From the NCBI GenBank assembly GCA_046292645.1, contig JBKBQO010000009.1, forward strand, positions 19,552-83,551: 64,000 nt of DNA, in the 5' to 3' direction. The stretch is from Brevundimonas sp. (GTDB lineage Bacteria > Pseudomonadota > Alphaproteobacteria > Caulobacterales > Caulobacteraceae). Shown here in pieces: positions 1-14,118 of the stretch (its first letter is position 1; each line of letters begins with the position of its first letter). Position numbers and translations under genes: made by a program. The notes beneath the pieces were generated by a model. It searched no databases and had not been told where the DNA came from. It saw only the letters and a program-made list of their open reading frames with translations.

Positions 1-1230
<1,230 letters not shown>

Positions 1231-1374
1231 CACTATCCCTCAAGGCTGCGCCTGCTTGTCACGGCGCTTGAAAGCCACGCTATCGGCGTGATCAGCGATA
1301 AGCAACGTGACGCGAGGTCACCGGCCGCCTCTCCCGGCTTGGCCAAAGGCGCTTCAGGGCCCTAGAACCCGTGC

Positions 1375-2028
1375 ATGCCCATTCTCATCGCCATCACCGG
1401 CGGCTCCGGCTCCGGCAAGAGCACCCTCGCGGAGGCTCTGGTCTCCGCCCTGCCCGAGGGCGCGGCCGTCCTGCTGCGCGAGGACGCCTACTATCGCGAC
1501 GCCGCCAGCCTGCCCGACTTCGATCCCGCCGCCTTCGACTTCGATGATGTGACGGCGCGCGATCATGATCTGATGATCGGCGACCTCACCGCGCTGAAGG
1601 CCGGACGAGACATCGTCGCCCCGCTCTATTCCTTCATCCATCATGGCCGCGAGCCGGGCGGAGAAGCCGTGCGGGCGGCCGAGGTGGTCATTGTTGAGGG
1701 CACCCACGTCCTTTGCACCCCGGGGCTGGTCGACCTGTTCGACATCCGGGTCTTCGTCGACACCCCCGCCGACATCCGCTTCATCCGCCGCCTGCTGCGG
1801 GACCAGACCGAACGCGGCCGGACAGCCGATTCGGTGATCGCCCAGTATCTGGCCACGGTGCGGCCGGGGCATGAACGCCTGACCGAACCCTCGCGGCTGA
1901 ACGCCGACTTCATCATCGCCGACGCCACCGCCGCCGTGCGGCTGGACGATCCCCAGGCCGTTGTGCGCCTGGCCGCGCCGGTCCTGGCGCATCCGCTGCT
2001 ATCGGCCCTGACGGGCGAACGAATCTAA
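1375..2028 (+). CDS. udk: uridine kinase
   Basis: IAITGGSGSGKST P-loop; VVIVEG; DIRFIRRLLRDQTERGR uridine kinase signature. Confidence 0.88.
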   Translation: MPILIAITGGSGSGKSTLAEALVSALPEGAAVLLREDAYYRDAASLPDFDPAAFDFDDVTARDHDLMIGDLTALKAGRDIVAPLYSFIHHGREPGGEAVRAAEVVIVEGTHVLCTPGLVDLFDIRVFVDTPADIRFIRRLLRDQTERGRTADSVIAQYLATVRPGHERLTEPSRLNADFIIADATAAVRLDDPQAVVRLAAPVLAHPLLSALTGERI

Positions 2029-2099
2029 CATCGTTCACCGGCCTCTTGACCTGCACCGCACGCAAGCGTCACCTTGGCCGTTACAGCGAGCGATCATCC

Positions 2100-2726
2100 A
2101 TGCACGGCCCCGGCGTCGGACCTTCCCAAATTCGCGACCCCAAACGGCAGGCGATCCTCAAGCACGCGCGCAGAGCCTTCGTCAGCGAAGGCTACGCCGC
2201 CACCAAGATCGAGCCGATCGCGCGCGACGCAGGCGTCTCGACCGCGACCCTCTATGCCCTGTTCGACGGCAAGGCTCACCTGTTCTCCGCCGTCATCGAC
2301 GACGCAGCCGAGGATTTCGCCCTCCGCATCGCCGCCTGCCGCACGCCCGACGGCGACGCGCGCCAGCAGTTGACCGGCTTCGCCCATGCCTATGCCGACT
2401 TCATGCGTGATCCCTTCGTCCGGTCGGTCTTCCGCCTGGTGATGGCCGAGCGGCCCCGTTTCCAGGCCGTAGCCCTGCGCTTCTTCGAAAAGGGCCGCGC
2501 ATCCTTCGGGGCCTCCTTGATCGGCCTCCTGACCGGCCTGTCGGCCGCGGGCGCCCTGCGGCCGATCGAGCGCCCGTCCTGGGCGGCCGGCCATCTGATG
2601 GGCATGGTCGAACACCCCGCCTTCTTCGTGCCCCTGGTCACGGGCGACGAGATCACGGTCGCCCGTTCCAGCGCCGTCATCGCCGAAGACGCGGTCGAGA
2701 CCTTCCTGGCCCGCTACGGCGCCTGA
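2100..2726 (+). CDS. TetR/AcrR family transcriptional regulator
   Basis: AFVSEGYAATKIEPIARDAGVSTATLYALFDGKAHLF HTH; ATG at 2100 chosen over the TTG at 2046. Confidence 0.9.
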   Translation: MHGPGVGPSQIRDPKRQAILKHARRAFVSEGYAATKIEPIARDAGVSTATLYALFDGKAHLFSAVIDDAAEDFALRIAACRTPDGDARQQLTGFAHAYADFMRDPFVRSVFRLVMAERPRFQAVALRFFEKGRASFGASLIGLLTGLSAAGALRPIERPSWAAGHLMGMVEHPAFFVPLVTGDEITVARSSAVIAEDAVETFLARYGA

Positions 2727-2730
2727 AGCC

Positions 2731-3405
2731 TCAGGGCCAGAGCCGCGTCCGCGTCCAGCTGTCGCCATTGCGGTCGAACCGCATCCGGTCATGCAGGCGG
2801 AAGGGCCGATCACGCCAGAACTCGACCGAATCCGGGATCAAACGCCAGCCGCTCCAGCGCTCCGGCCGGGGCACTTCCGCGCCCTCGAACCGCGCCGTCT
2901 CGCGCGCCACGGCGGCCTCCAGGGTGGCCCGGTCCGCCAGCGGCCGCGACTGGTGCGAGGCCCAGGCCCCGACGCGGCTCTCGCGGGCCCGGCTGGCGAA
3001 ATAGGCGTCGGCCTCGGCCGTCGTCACCGGCTCGACCACGCCGCGCACCCGCACCTGCCGGCGCAGCGATTTCCAGTGAAACAGCAGGGCCGCGAGCGGC
3101 GCGCCGGCCAGTTGCCCGCCCTTGGCGCTTTCGCGGTTCGAATAGAAGGTGAAGCCGCGGCCGTCGACGTCCTTCAGCAACACCATCCGGCTGTCCGGCG
3201 CGCCGTCGGCGTCGACCGTCGACAGGGCCATGGCGTTGGCGTCGTTCGGCTCGCTCGCCCGCGCGTCCCCCAGCCAGTCGACGAACAGGCCGATCGGCTC
3301 CTCGCGCTCGAAGATCGATTCGTCGCCATTGGCGGCCAGGGCGGCGGCGTAATGCTCCGCATACTCTTCGCGGGACGGGCTGGGCGGGATCACGGGGGCG
3401 GTCAT
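2731..3405 (-). CDS. pdxH: pyridoxamine 5'-phosphate oxidase
   Basis: [53 protein letters not shown] motifs. Confidence 0.96.
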   Translation of the reverse strand: MTAPVIPPSPSREEYAEHYAAALAANGDESIFEREEPIGLFVDWLGDARASEPNDANAMALSTVDADGAPDSRMVLLKDVDGRGFTFYSNRESAKGGQLAGAPLAALLFHWKSLRRQVRVRGVVEPVTTAEADAYFASRARESRVGAWASHQSRPLADRATLEAAVARETARFEGAEVPRPERWSGWRLIPDSVEFWRDRPFRLHDRMRFDRNGDSWTRTRLWP

Positions 3406-3491
3406 AGCCAGCAGATAGACCCTCGCGGGCCGCCTGGGGAGAGCCGTCACGGTTAAGCCGGTCTTCACCACGTTGATGGCTTGGTGGGCGC

Positions 3492-4235
3492 ATGCGCGCC
3501 CGCCCCTCCTCCGAGGTCTCCTCGCTCGCCGAAGCCCGGGCCCTGCTGGGCTTGACCGGTCCCGCGGATGGCGCGGCGCTGACCGCGGCCTTCCGCACGG
3601 CCGTCAAGGCGGCGCGGCCCGAGGTTCCGGGCGGCAGCGAGGCCCTGTTCCGGCAGACGATCGCGGCATGGCGGCTGATCCAGAACCAGTCGCCGTCGCC
3701 GTCCCTGGCCCTGGCGGCCCCCGCCGCCCCGCCCCCAGGCGCGCCCATCGCCCCGCCCGTCGTGCGGATCAGTCCGCTCGAGGCCCTGCGCGGCGGCGTG
3801 GCGCAGGTTCGCATCGGCCCCCGCCGCCTGCGGGTCCGCTTCCCCGCCGGCCTTCGTACAGGCGACCATCTGCGGCTCAGGGGGGCGGCCGCGGACGGCA
3901 GCGACCTGCATCTGCCGGTGCTGGTGCGCGGCGCGGATGGGCTCAGCGCCGTCGGCGACGACCTGTACATGACCTGTCCCGTCTCCCTCCGCCTGCTCGA
4001 GGACGGCGGCCGGCTGGAGATCGGGACCCACGCCGGGCCGCGCTCCGCCTGGCTGGTCGCGGGCCATCAACCGCTGCGGCTCAGGCTCAAGGGTCTGGGG
4101 CTGCCCGCCCGCGGCTCCCGCCCGCAGGGCCATCTGTTCGTCACGCTCCAGCCGTCCGAGGACGCGCCCTCGGCGGCGGAAGACCTGCTGGTCCGCTTCA
4201 CCCGCGTCTGGACGCCGGACCGTCTGGCGGCTTAG
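3492..4235 (+). CDS. DnaJ-related protein (degenerate J-like N-terminus plus DnaJ C-terminal domain)
   Basis: ARALLGL...[13 protein letters not shown]-like helices; C-terminal [23 protein letters not shown] typical of DnaJ_C. Confidence 0.75.
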   Translation: MRARPSSEVSSLAEARALLGLTGPADGAALTAAFRTAVKAARPEVPGGSEALFRQTIAAWRLIQNQSPSPSLALAAPAAPPPGAPIAPPVVRISPLEALRGGVAQVRIGPRRLRVRFPAGLRTGDHLRLRGAAADGSDLHLPVLVRGADGLSAVGDDLYMTCPVSLRLLEDGGRLEIGTHAGPRSAWLVAGHQPLRLRLKGLGLPARGSRPQGHLFVTLQPSEDAPSAAEDLLVRFTRVWTPDRLAA

Positions 4236-4243
4236 GTCGTGTG

Positions 4244-5329
4244 ATGTCCCACAACACCTTCGGCCATCTGTTCCGCGTGACCACCTGGGGCGAGAGCCAC
4301 GGGCCGGCGATCGGCTGCGTGGTCGACGGCTGTCCGCCGCGGATTCCCCTGACCGAGGCCGATCTCCAGCCGTGGCTGGACCGCCGAAAACCGGGCGGCA
4401 GCCGCTTCGTCACCCAGCGGCAGGAGAGCGACACGGCCCGCATCCTGTCCGGCGTGTTCGACGACGGGGACGGCCCTGTGACCACCGGCGCCTCCATCGG
4501 CATCCAGATCGAAAACGAGGACGCCCGGTCAAAGGACTATGGCGAGATCGCCCGCGCCTTCCGGCCCGGCCACGCTGACTTCACCTATCAGGCCAAATAC
4601 GGCGTGCGCGACCACCGCGGCGGCGGCCGGTCGTCGGCGCGCGAGACGGCGATGCGGGTCGCGGCGGGGGCGGTGGCGCGCAAGGTGCTGGGCGACGGCA
4701 TACGCATCCGCGCGGGGGTGGTGCAGCTGGGTCCGCACCGGATCGCGCCCGAAGCGGTGGATTTCGGCGCGGTCTATGGCAACGCCCTGTTCGCGGCCTC
4801 GCGCGACGTCGTCGCGGAGTGGGAGGCCTACCTCGACGGCGTGCGCAAGGCCGGGTCCTCGATCGGCGCCGTCGTGGCCCTGGAGGTCACGGGTCTGCCG
4901 GCCGGCTGGGGCGCCCCCCTCTACGGCAAGCTGGACGCCGAGCTGGCGGCGGCGATGATGTCGATCAATGCGGTCAAGGGCGTCGAGATCGGGGCCGGCT
5001 TCGGCTCGGCCGAACTGACCGGAGAAGAGAACGCCGACGCCATGCGGCTCGGCGAGGACGGGACGCCGGTGTTCCTGTCCAACCATGCGGGCGGCGTTCT
5101 GGGCGGCATATCGACGGGCCAGCCCCTGACCGCCCGCGTGGCTTTCAAGCCGACCTCCTCGATCCTGACCCCGGGCCAGACCATCACCCGCGACGGGGCG
5201 GAGACCGAGGTCCGGACCAGGGGCCGCCACGACCCCTGCGTCGCCCTTCGCGGCGTGCCGGTGGTCGAGGCCATGGCCGCCTGCGTCCTGGCCGACGCCA
5301 TGCTCAGGCACCGGGCGCAGATGGGGTGA
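4244..5329 (+). CDS. aroC: chorismate synthase
   Basis: [44 protein letters not shown]; true start is the ATG at 4244 inside the 618-aa ORF. Confidence 0.98.
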   Translation: MSHNTFGHLFRVTTWGESHGPAIGCVVDGCPPRIPLTEADLQPWLDRRKPGGSRFVTQRQESDTARILSGVFDDGDGPVTTGASIGIQIENEDARSKDYGEIARAFRPGHADFTYQAKYGVRDHRGGGRSSARETAMRVAAGAVARKVLGDGIRIRAGVVQLGPHRIAPEAVDFGAVYGNALFAASRDVVAEWEAYLDGVRKAGSSIGAVVALEVTGLPAGWGAPLYGKLDAELAAAMMSINAVKGVEIGAGFGSAELTGEENADAMRLGEDGTPVFLSNHAGGVLGGISTGQPLTARVAFKPTSSILTPGQTITRDGAETEVRTRGRHDPCVALRGVPVVEAMAACVLADAMLRHRAQMG

Positions 5330-5450
5330 TCGCCCAAGGGCCGGCCGGCCAGAGACGGAAAAACGGGTGCGGCACGGACGATTGACCGCCCGGCGCTGAT
5401 CTGTTCGATTGTTCCGGCGTCGGATCATCGGCGACGGCACGCACAAACCC

Positions 5451-6110
5451 ATGACCCTGAATTACGGCCTCGATCGTCGCTGGCTCGTGGCGGCGGGCGC
5501 CACCCTCGCCCTGGTCACGGCCTTGACCTTCGCCGCTGTCGCCACGCCGCACATGGCCACGCTGATGCTGACCGAGAAGGGACCGATCGAGACGCTCAGC
5601 GCCCTGCTCCATTTCGGCGCCATGGCCCTGGCCCTGGTCTGGCGCCGCCGCGCGCCCGGCCTGCTGGGGCTGCTGGCCATCTGCGCCTTCCTCATGGGCG
5701 GACGAGAGCTGGACTGGCACAAGGCCTTCACCACCCACGGCGTTTTCAGCACCAAACTGTATTTCTACGACACTGTGCCCCTGGCGGAGAAGGTGATCGC
5801 GGGGGCCTTCGTGGTGGTGTTGCTGACCCTGCTGGTGATGATGCTGGTGCGCAGTCGGCACGACATCAGGCGTCTCGTCGCCGAGCGCTCGCCGGCGATC
5901 TGGGGTCTGGCGACCCTGGTCGCGATCCTGCCCGTCATCAAACTGATCGACGGCCTGCCGCGGATGGTCAGGGAGGCCGGCGGCGCCCTCGACGCCGGCG
6001 TCGTCAAGGCCTTGCTGGCGGTTGAGGAGATCGGCGAAATGGCCCTGCCCCTGCTGATGATGCTGCTGATCCTGCAGATCGCACGGCGGGACACCCAGCC
6101 CCTTCCGTAA
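5451..6110 (+). CDS. hypothetical multi-pass membrane protein
   Basis: About 6 hydrophobic segments; RELDWHKAFT and EEIGEM motifs; good codon usage. Confidence 0.7.
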   Translation: MTLNYGLDRRWLVAAGATLALVTALTFAAVATPHMATLMLTEKGPIETLSALLHFGAMALALVWRRRAPGLLGLLAICAFLMGGRELDWHKAFTTHGVFSTKLYFYDTVPLAEKVIAGAFVVVLLTLLVMMLVRSRHDIRRLVAERSPAIWGLATLVAILPVIKLIDGLPRMVREAGGALDAGVVKALLAVEEIGEMALPLLMMLLILQIARRDTQPLP

Positions 6111-6159
6111 CCGCAACTGTTGCCTATATAGCGGCGATCACATCCAGGGAGACCCCTCA

Positions 6160-6855
6160 ATGATCGACGTCAGACCCTTCAACAGCCTTGGCGGAGCCGA
6201 CCACGGCTGGCTGAACGCCAAACACCATTTCTCCTTCGCCAACTACTACGACCCGGCCCGCATGGGCTGGGGCCGGCTGCGCGTCTGGAACGACGACGAG
6301 ATCGCCGCCAGATCGGGCTTTCCGCCCCACCCCCACGCCGACATGGAGATCATCACCTATGTCCGCACGGGGGCCATCACCCATGAGGATTCGCTCGGCA
6401 ACAAGGGCCGCACCGGCGCCGGCGACGTCCAGGTGATGAGCGCCGGCACGGGCGTCCGCCACTCCGAGTTCAATCTGGAAGACGAACTGACCACCATCTT
6501 CCAGATCTGGATCGAGGCCGATGTCCGCGGGGCCAAACCGGCCTGGGGCGCCAAGGCCTTTCCGCAGAGCGACCGGACCGGCGCCTTCTCGGTCCTGGCC
6601 TCGGGCGATCCGACCGACGACGCCCTGACCATCAACGCCGACGCCCGCGTGCTGGGCGCGACGCTGAAGGCCGGCGAGAGCCTGACCTACAGCCTCGCCG
6701 AGGGCCGCCGCGCCTATCTGGTCCCCGCCGTCGGCGCGGTTCAGGTCAATGGCGTGCTCCTGAACGCCCGCGACGGGGCGGCCATCAAGGACGAGGCCGG
6801 GATCACCATTACGGCCTCGGCGGACGCCGAACTGGTGATGGTCGACAGCCTGTAG
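6160..6855 (+). CDS. pirin family protein (YhhW-like)
   Basis: HGWLNAKHHFSFANYYDP, GFPPHPHADMEIITYV, MSAGTGVRHSE; AGGGAG RBS. Confidence 0.95.
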   Translation: MIDVRPFNSLGGADHGWLNAKHHFSFANYYDPARMGWGRLRVWNDDEIAARSGFPPHPHADMEIITYVRTGAITHEDSLGNKGRTGAGDVQVMSAGTGVRHSEFNLEDELTTIFQIWIEADVRGAKPAWGAKAFPQSDRTGAFSVLASGDPTDDALTINADARVLGATLKAGESLTYSLAEGRRAYLVPAVGAVQVNGVLLNARDGAAIKDEAGITITASADAELVMVDSL

Positions 6856-6858
6856 CGT

Positions 6859-7008
6859 CCCTTCTCCCCTCCGGGGGAGAAGGTGGGCCGCGGAGCGGCT
6901 CGGATGAGGGGGATGCTCGCCGCATCTCCCTCATCAGCCGGATTCAAGCGCCCAGCCCCCTCATCCGTCAGGCTTCGCCTGACACCTTCTCCCCCGAGGG
7001 GAGAAGGG
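6859..7008. repeat. CIR/RIME-like palindromic intergenic element
   Basis: Arms CCCTTCTCCCCTCCGGGGGAGAAGG and CCTTCTCCCCCGAGGGGAGAAGGG; inner CGGATGAGGGGG/CCCCCTCATCCG inverted repeat; central GATTC (CcrM GANTC) at 6941-6945. Confidence 0.8.
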
Positions 7009-7013
7009 CAAGG

Positions 7014-7050
7014 AAAACGCCGCCCCGGTTGTCCGGGGCGGCGTCTTTTT
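7014..7050. terminator. bidirectional intrinsic terminator between the pirin gene and lon
   Basis: AAAA-CGCCGCCCCGG-ttgt-CCGGGGCGGCG-TCTTTTT. Confidence 0.85.
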
Positions 7051-7067
7051 GTTTAGCAATCAGACCG

Positions 7068-9464
<2,397 letters not shown>

Positions 9465-9577
9465 GGATGCGTACTTTCTACGAGGTCCTCGTTGATCTCG
9501 GACCCGCCGCGCCGGCGTGGGGAGCGCCTGTGCTCCACCGTTTCGACTCGGCCCGCCATTCGGCGGCCTTCGGATGA

Positions 9578-9607
9578 GTATGTGGTTCTGCCGACGCGCG
9601 GTTCAAG
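9578..9607 (-). promoter_or_regulatory. putative RpoH (sigma32) promoter of lon
   Basis: Minus strand CTTGAA-N16-CCACATAC resembles the CTTGAA...CCCCAT heat-shock consensus. Confidence 0.6.
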
Positions 9608-9766
9608 CGGCGCCGCTCACAGCAGGCTGTTTCCGTCCACAAGCCCCTTCCCGCATGTCGCGACCGCAACACCGGCGGTTTCGGCAAGACCGGTGCGCCG
9701 GGTTCGAGCGTCGGCGAAAAGCGCGCCGCGGCGCGTTGTGGCGCGAAGGCATCAGGCCGGCCACAG

Positions 9767-9798
9767 AAAAGGGCGGGACCGTCGCCGGACCCGCCCTT
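9767..9798 (-). terminator. intrinsic terminator after clpX
   Basis: AAAAGGGCGGG...CCCGCCCTT hairpin; gives a U-tract on the minus strand. Confidence 0.75.
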
Positions 9799-9815
9799 CC
9801 CTGCCTCCGTGGTGA

Positions 9816-11090
9816 TCAGGCGGCGCTGTCGGGCGCGGCCTTCTTGGACTTGGTCTCGGAATAGATCAGCAGCGGCTGGGCCTTGCCCTCGATCACCTCG
9901 GCGTTGACCACGACCTCCTCGACGCCCTCGAAGGTGGGCAGTTCGAACATGGTTTCCAGCAGTATGCCTTCCAGGATGGAACGCAGCCCGCGGGCGCCGG
10001 TCTTCCGGGTGATGGCCTTCTTGGCCACCGCGATCAGGGCGTCGTCGGTGAACGTCAGGTCGACGTTCTCCATCTCGAACAGGCGCTTGTACTGTTTGAC
10101 CAGGGCGTTCTTGGGCTCGGTCAGGATGGTGACCAGGGCCGTCTCGTCCAGGTCCTCCAGCGTCGCCAGAACCGGCAGACGGCCGATGAACTCGGGGATC
10201 AGGCCGAAACGCATCAGATCGTCCGGCTCGACGCCCTTCAGGATGTCGCCCGTGCGGCGCTCGTCGATCTCCTTGACCTTGGCCCCGAAGCCGATCGAGG
10301 CCCCGTCGCCGCGCGCCGCGATCACCTTCTCAAGGCCGGCGAAGGCGCCGCCGACGATGAACAGGATGTTGGCGGTGTCGACCTGCAGGAACTCCTGCTG
10401 CGGATGCTTGCGGCCGCCCTGAGGGGGCACGGAGGCGACGGTGCCTTCCATGATCTTCAGCAGGGCCTGCTGCACGCCCTCGCCCGAGACGTCGCGGGTG
10501 ATCGAGGGATTGTCCGACTTGCGGGAAATCTTGTCGATTTCGTCGATGTAGACGATGCCGCGCTGGGCCCGTTCGACGTTGTAGTCGGACGACTGCAGCA
10601 GCTTCAGGATGATGTTCTCGACGTCCTCGCCCACATAACCGGCTTCGGTCAGGGTGGTGGCGTCGGCCATGGTGAAGGGCACGTCGATGATGCGCGCCAG
10701 CGTCTGGGCCAGCAGCGTCTTGCCCGAGCCGGTCGGCCCGATCAGCATGATGTTGGACTTGGCCAGTTCGACGTCGTTGTTCTTCGTCGCGTGGTTCAGC
10801 CGCTTGTAGTGGTTGTGGACGGCGACGCTCAGCACCTTCTTGGCGTGGCTCTGGCCGATCACATAGTCGTCAAGAACCTCCCGGATCTCCTTCGGCGACG
10901 GCACGCCGTCCTTGGCCTTGGAGAACGAGATTTTGTGTTCTTCACGGATGATATCCATGCACAGTTCGACGCATTCATCGCAGATGAACACGGTCGGCCC
11001 GGCGATGAGCTTGCGCACCTCATGCTGGCTCTTCCCGCAGAACGAGCAGTAGAGGGTGCTTTTGGCGTCTGTGCCGGCGGCTTTGGTCAT
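9816..11090 (-). CDS. clpX: ATP-dependent Clp protease ATP-binding subunit ClpX
   Basis: CSFCGK zinc-binding domain, [22 protein letters not shown] loop. Confidence 0.99.
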   Translation of the reverse strand: MTKAAGTDAKSTLYCSFCGKSQHEVRKLIAGPTVFICDECVELCMDIIREEHKISFSKAKDGVPSPKEIREVLDDYVIGQSHAKKVLSVAVHNHYKRLNHATKNNDVELAKSNIMLIGPTGSGKTLLAQTLARIIDVPFTMADATTLTEAGYVGEDVENIILKLLQSSDYNVERAQRGIVYIDEIDKISRKSDNPSITRDVSGEGVQQALLKIMEGTVASVPPQGGRKHPQQEFLQVDTANILFIVGGAFAGLEKVIAARGDGASIGFGAKVKEIDERRTGDILKGVEPDDLMRFGLIPEFIGRLPVLATLEDLDETALVTILTEPKNALVKQYKRLFEMENVDLTFTDDALIAVAKKAITRKTGARGLRSILEGILLETMFELPTFEGVEEVVVNAEVIEGKAQPLLIYSETKSKKAAPDSAA

Positions 11091-11278
11091 CGAGCCTTCT
11101 CACTCCCGCGGTTCGCCCCGATATGAGGCTAACGCGCATCCTTCGCGTTGATTCCCTGAACGTGGGCGCAAAGGTCTTCAAAAATTGACAATCACCCATC
11201 CAGACGCCCGCCACAACCCCGGCCAAGCGTGGCCGGAGTGCGAAACGGACGGTTCAGTGTTGAGGGAGATCGCGGCGA

Positions 11279-11920
11279 ATGTCTGACATGGGAAGTCCGA
11301 GCCCGATTCACCAGCCGCCTGCGCCGGGTCAGGCCATCGTCGCCTTCGATTTCGACGGCACCCTGACGGTCAGCGACAGTTTCACGCGATTCCTGCGCTG
11401 GCGGGCCGGGTCCGGCGGCTGGTTTCAGGGCTTGGCGCGGATGGCGCCCGACCTGCTGGCCTATGCCGGCCATCGTGACCGGGGCCGGCTGAAGGCCGCC
11501 TCGGTGCGCGAATTCCTGCGGGGCGTCCCCAGGGCGCAGCTGGAGGCCGACGCCGAGGCCTTCGCCGGCCAGGTCTGGCCCGGCTTCCTGCGTTATGACG
11601 CCCTTGCCTGCTGGAAGGACTGGGGCGCGCGCGGCGCCTATCGCGTGATCGTGACCGCCAGCCCCGAGACCACTGTCGCGCCGTTCGCCCGCCGGCTGGG
11701 GGCCGAGGCCCTGCTGGGCACGCCCCTGCTGTTCGACGCCGACGACCGGGTCAGCGGCGCCTTCGCCGGCCCCAACTGCCGCGGAGAGGAAAAGGTGCGC
11801 CGGCTGCGGGCGGCGTTTGGCCCGGACATGGCCCTGGCCGCCGCCTATGGCGACACCACCGGCGATACGGAAATGCTGGCCATGGCCGACGAGGCCGGCT
11901 TCCGGCGCTTCAAGGGCTGA
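11279..11920 (+). CDS. cicA: HAD-IB family hydrolase (CicA-like)
   Basis: AFDFDGTLT motif I, VTAS, NCRGEEKV, AYGDTTGD. Position between clpP and clpX matches Caulobacter cicA. Start may be the ATG at 11288. Confidence 0.8.
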   Translation: MSDMGSPSPIHQPPAPGQAIVAFDFDGTLTVSDSFTRFLRWRAGSGGWFQGLARMAPDLLAYAGHRDRGRLKAASVREFLRGVPRAQLEADAEAFAGQVWPGFLRYDALACWKDWGARGAYRVIVTASPETTVAPFARRLGAEALLGTPLLFDADDRVSGAFAGPNCRGEEKVRRLRAAFGPDMALAAAYGDTTGDTEMLAMADEAGFRRFKG

Positions 11921-12238
11921 TCAGCGCCCTTCGGCGTCCACATCGAAGACCATCGCCTTGCCGCGCGAGGTCGGGTTCCAGCCGGCTTCCATCACCGACG
12001 TCACGGCGTTGCGGATGTGCTCGGGGTCGACGAACTGTTTCTCGGTGTCGGGCCGCCCGTTCGGCCGCAGCGGCGGCGGGAACTGGACGATGGCCTCCCG
12101 CTTGAAGTCGGCCAGCCGCAGGGTCACGGCCACGCCCTCCCACTTCCCGCCGCTCAGCGGCCGGGGCTGTCGCCGCAGGTCCCAGTGATAGGTGTCGCCG
12201 TCGACCTCGACGGTCCCGCTGTTGTCTCGCGTCTGCAT
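11921..12238 (-). CDS. hypothetical protein (105 aa)
   Basis: ATG at 12238 with AGGA RBS; globular-looking sequence with strong GC3 bias. Confidence 0.75.
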   Translation of the reverse strand: MQTRDNSGTVEVDGDTYHWDLRRQPRPLSGGKWEGVAVTLRLADFKREAIVQFPPPLRPNGRPDTEKQFVDPEHIRNAVTSVMEAGWNPTSRGKAMVFDVDAEGR

Positions 12239-12257
12239 GGCGTCCTGATAGCACAAC

Positions 12258-12292
12258 GAAAAAAGGGCGCACCGTCTCCGGCGCGCCCTTTC
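12258..12292 (-). terminator. intrinsic terminator after clpP
   Basis: GAAAAAAGGGCGCACC-gtctcc-GGCGCGCCCTTTC. Confidence 0.8.
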
Positions 12293-12317
12293 GTCGTCAA
12301 AGCGGTCCCGGAGGGCC

Positions 12318-12959
12318 TCAGACGGTCTTGACGCCGTCGCCCTCGGCCTGTTCGCGGCGGTCGTAGACGTGGTCGACCACGCCCCAGGCCTTGGCTTCCT
12401 CGGCGCTCATGAAGTGGTCGCGGTCGAGGGTCTTCTCGACCTCCTCATAGGTCCGGCCGGTGTGGTGGACGTAGATCTCGTTCAGGCGGCGCTTGGTGTA
12501 GCGGATATCGGCGGCGTGCAGCTCGATATCCGAGGCCTGGCCGCGGAAGCCGCCCGAGGGCTGGTGCACCATGATGCGGGCGTTCGGCAGGGCGACGCGC
12601 TGGCCCTCGGCCCCGGCGGCGAGGATCAGCGAACCGGCCGAGGCGGCCATGCCCATGCACACCGTCGAGACCGGCGAGCGGATGTATTGCATGGTGTCGT
12701 AGATCGCCAGCGCCGAGGAGACCTGTCCGCCGGGGCTGTTGATGTACATGCTGATTTCCTTCTTCGGGTTCTCCGATTCCAGGAACAGCAGCTGGGCGCA
12801 GATCAGCGAGGCCATGCCGTCCTCGAAGGGGCCGGTCAGGAAGATGATCCGCTCGCGCAGCAGGCGCGAGAAGATGTCGAAGGCCCGTTCGCCCCGGCTG
12901 GACTGCTCCACCACCATGGGGACCAGGTTCATGTTCATCAGTTCGATCGGATCGCGCAT
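12318..12959 (-). CDS. clpP: ATP-dependent Clp protease proteolytic subunit
   Basis: [28 protein letters not shown] (Ser), IMVHQP (His), DRDHFM (Asp). Confidence 0.99.
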   Translation of the reverse strand: MRDPIELMNMNLVPMVVEQSSRGERAFDIFSRLLRERIIFLTGPFEDGMASLICAQLLFLESENPKKEISMYINSPGGQVSSALAIYDTMQYIRSPVSTVCMGMAASAGSLILAAGAEGQRVALPNARIMVHQPSGGFRGQASDIELHAADIRYTKRRLNEIYVHHTGRTYEEVEKTLDRDHFMSAEEAKAWGVVDHVYDRREQAEGDGVKTV

Positions 12960-13094
12960 GGGGTCTTTCTCGGAATGCCTCTGGGCGCGACTCACCGGCC
13001 GCACGCCTGTTGGACAGGATATCGCGTTGCCGAACCGTTGACGCAAGGCGCGGACCGCCGGACCGCCCGCCGGAATCGTCGCACGCGGCGGGAA

Positions 13095-13985
13095 TCAGTC
13101 TTCTTCGGTCCGCGCCGTGTCCGTCAGCCGCCTGGCCACCTCGCGGGCCTGGGCCGTGGTGCTGGCCGCGTCGAGGTCGGACTCATAGAGTGCGTGCAGA
13201 TAGCCGAGGTCCCATTCGGTCAGCTCCGTCGGCGCGGCGGGGTCGGCGAACAGGTTCAGCACGCTCGAATGGCCGCCCATGTCCGCCCCCGCGTCGATCT
13301 GCGCCAGGGCGACCATGGCGACGTAATCGGACAAGGGCTGCAGCGAGACGCCCTCCGCCCGACCGACGTCGATGATGATGATCACATATTTCAGCTCGTT
13401 GATGATCCGGGTCCGCAGGCGCGACATGTCGGTGCGGATCACGGGCGTACCCTCGCCCGGCAGGGTGACGGCCGCCTCCCCCAGCTCCGTCATCGGCAGG
13501 CTGACATGCCACCAGCGCACCGGCGCGTCCGACGTCTGGAACCGCTGCAGCGCGGACCAGCCCAGATCCATGCCGCTGCCGCCCACCCGGAAGGTGCGCG
13601 GGCGCCCCTCCACGAGCGCGCGGGCCAGTTCGGGGCCGTCGCTGGCGCCGAAGATCAGCACCTCGGCGCGGCAGCCCGGCAGACCCGGCTCCAGCCCGAC
13701 CTCCTGCGCCACCGCCGAGACCCGGTCGATCACATAACGCGCGACCTCCGGCTGAAGATTGACGGTCCCCACGCACAGGCGGCGATTCCACCGCGCCGGG
13801 CCCTGGCCATGCGGCGTGATCAGAATTTCATCGACATAGCCCCGGGCCCGGTCCCGCGGGGCGACCCCGTCGACGACCACATCGCCCAGGGTGACCGGCG
13901 CCTCCTGCGGCGCGGGCGGCGCCTGCAGGGGCGGCGCCTGGCCCGCCAGCGTCAAGACCGCGGAGAAAAGGAGAAGAGGGTTCAT
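13095..13985 (-). CDS. hypothetical exported protein
   Basis: Signal peptide MNPLLLFSAVLTLAGQA; motifs ARW...LC, LSDYVAMVALAQID, SVLNLF, LTEWDLGYLHALY. Confidence 0.8.
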   Translation of the reverse strand: MNPLLLFSAVLTLAGQAPPLQAPPAPQEAPVTLGDVVVDGVAPRDRARGYVDEILITPHGQGPARWNRRLCVGTVNLQPEVARYVIDRVSAVAQEVGLEPGLPGCRAEVLIFGASDGPELARALVEGRPRTFRVGGSGMDLGWSALQRFQTSDAPVRWWHVSLPMTELGEAAVTLPGEGTPVIRTDMSRLRTRIINELKYVIIIIDVGRAEGVSLQPLSDYVAMVALAQIDAGADMGGHSSVLNLFADPAAPTELTEWDLGYLHALYESDLDAASTTAQAREVARRLTDTARTEED

Positions 13986-14053
13986 CCGGGTCGATCCTGC
14001 CAGGCGGCCACCCTACCCCCTCGCGTTCCGGCTGCAAACCGCTCGCGGAACGC

Positions 14054-14090
14054 GAAAGGGGCCGCCGCTGTCTCCAGCGACGGCCCCTTC
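14054..14090 (-). terminator. intrinsic terminator after tig
   Basis: GAAAGGGGCCGCCGCTG-tctc-CAGCGACGGCCCCTTC. Confidence 0.75.
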
Positions 14091-14118
14091 AAAGGCGTTC
14101 GACTCCGACCGCTTGGTC

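Noticed and set aside
3473-4243. N-terminal extension of aroC (618-aa ORF)
   Set aside because: Out-of-frame overlap with the DnaJ-like gene; canonical AroC starts at 4244
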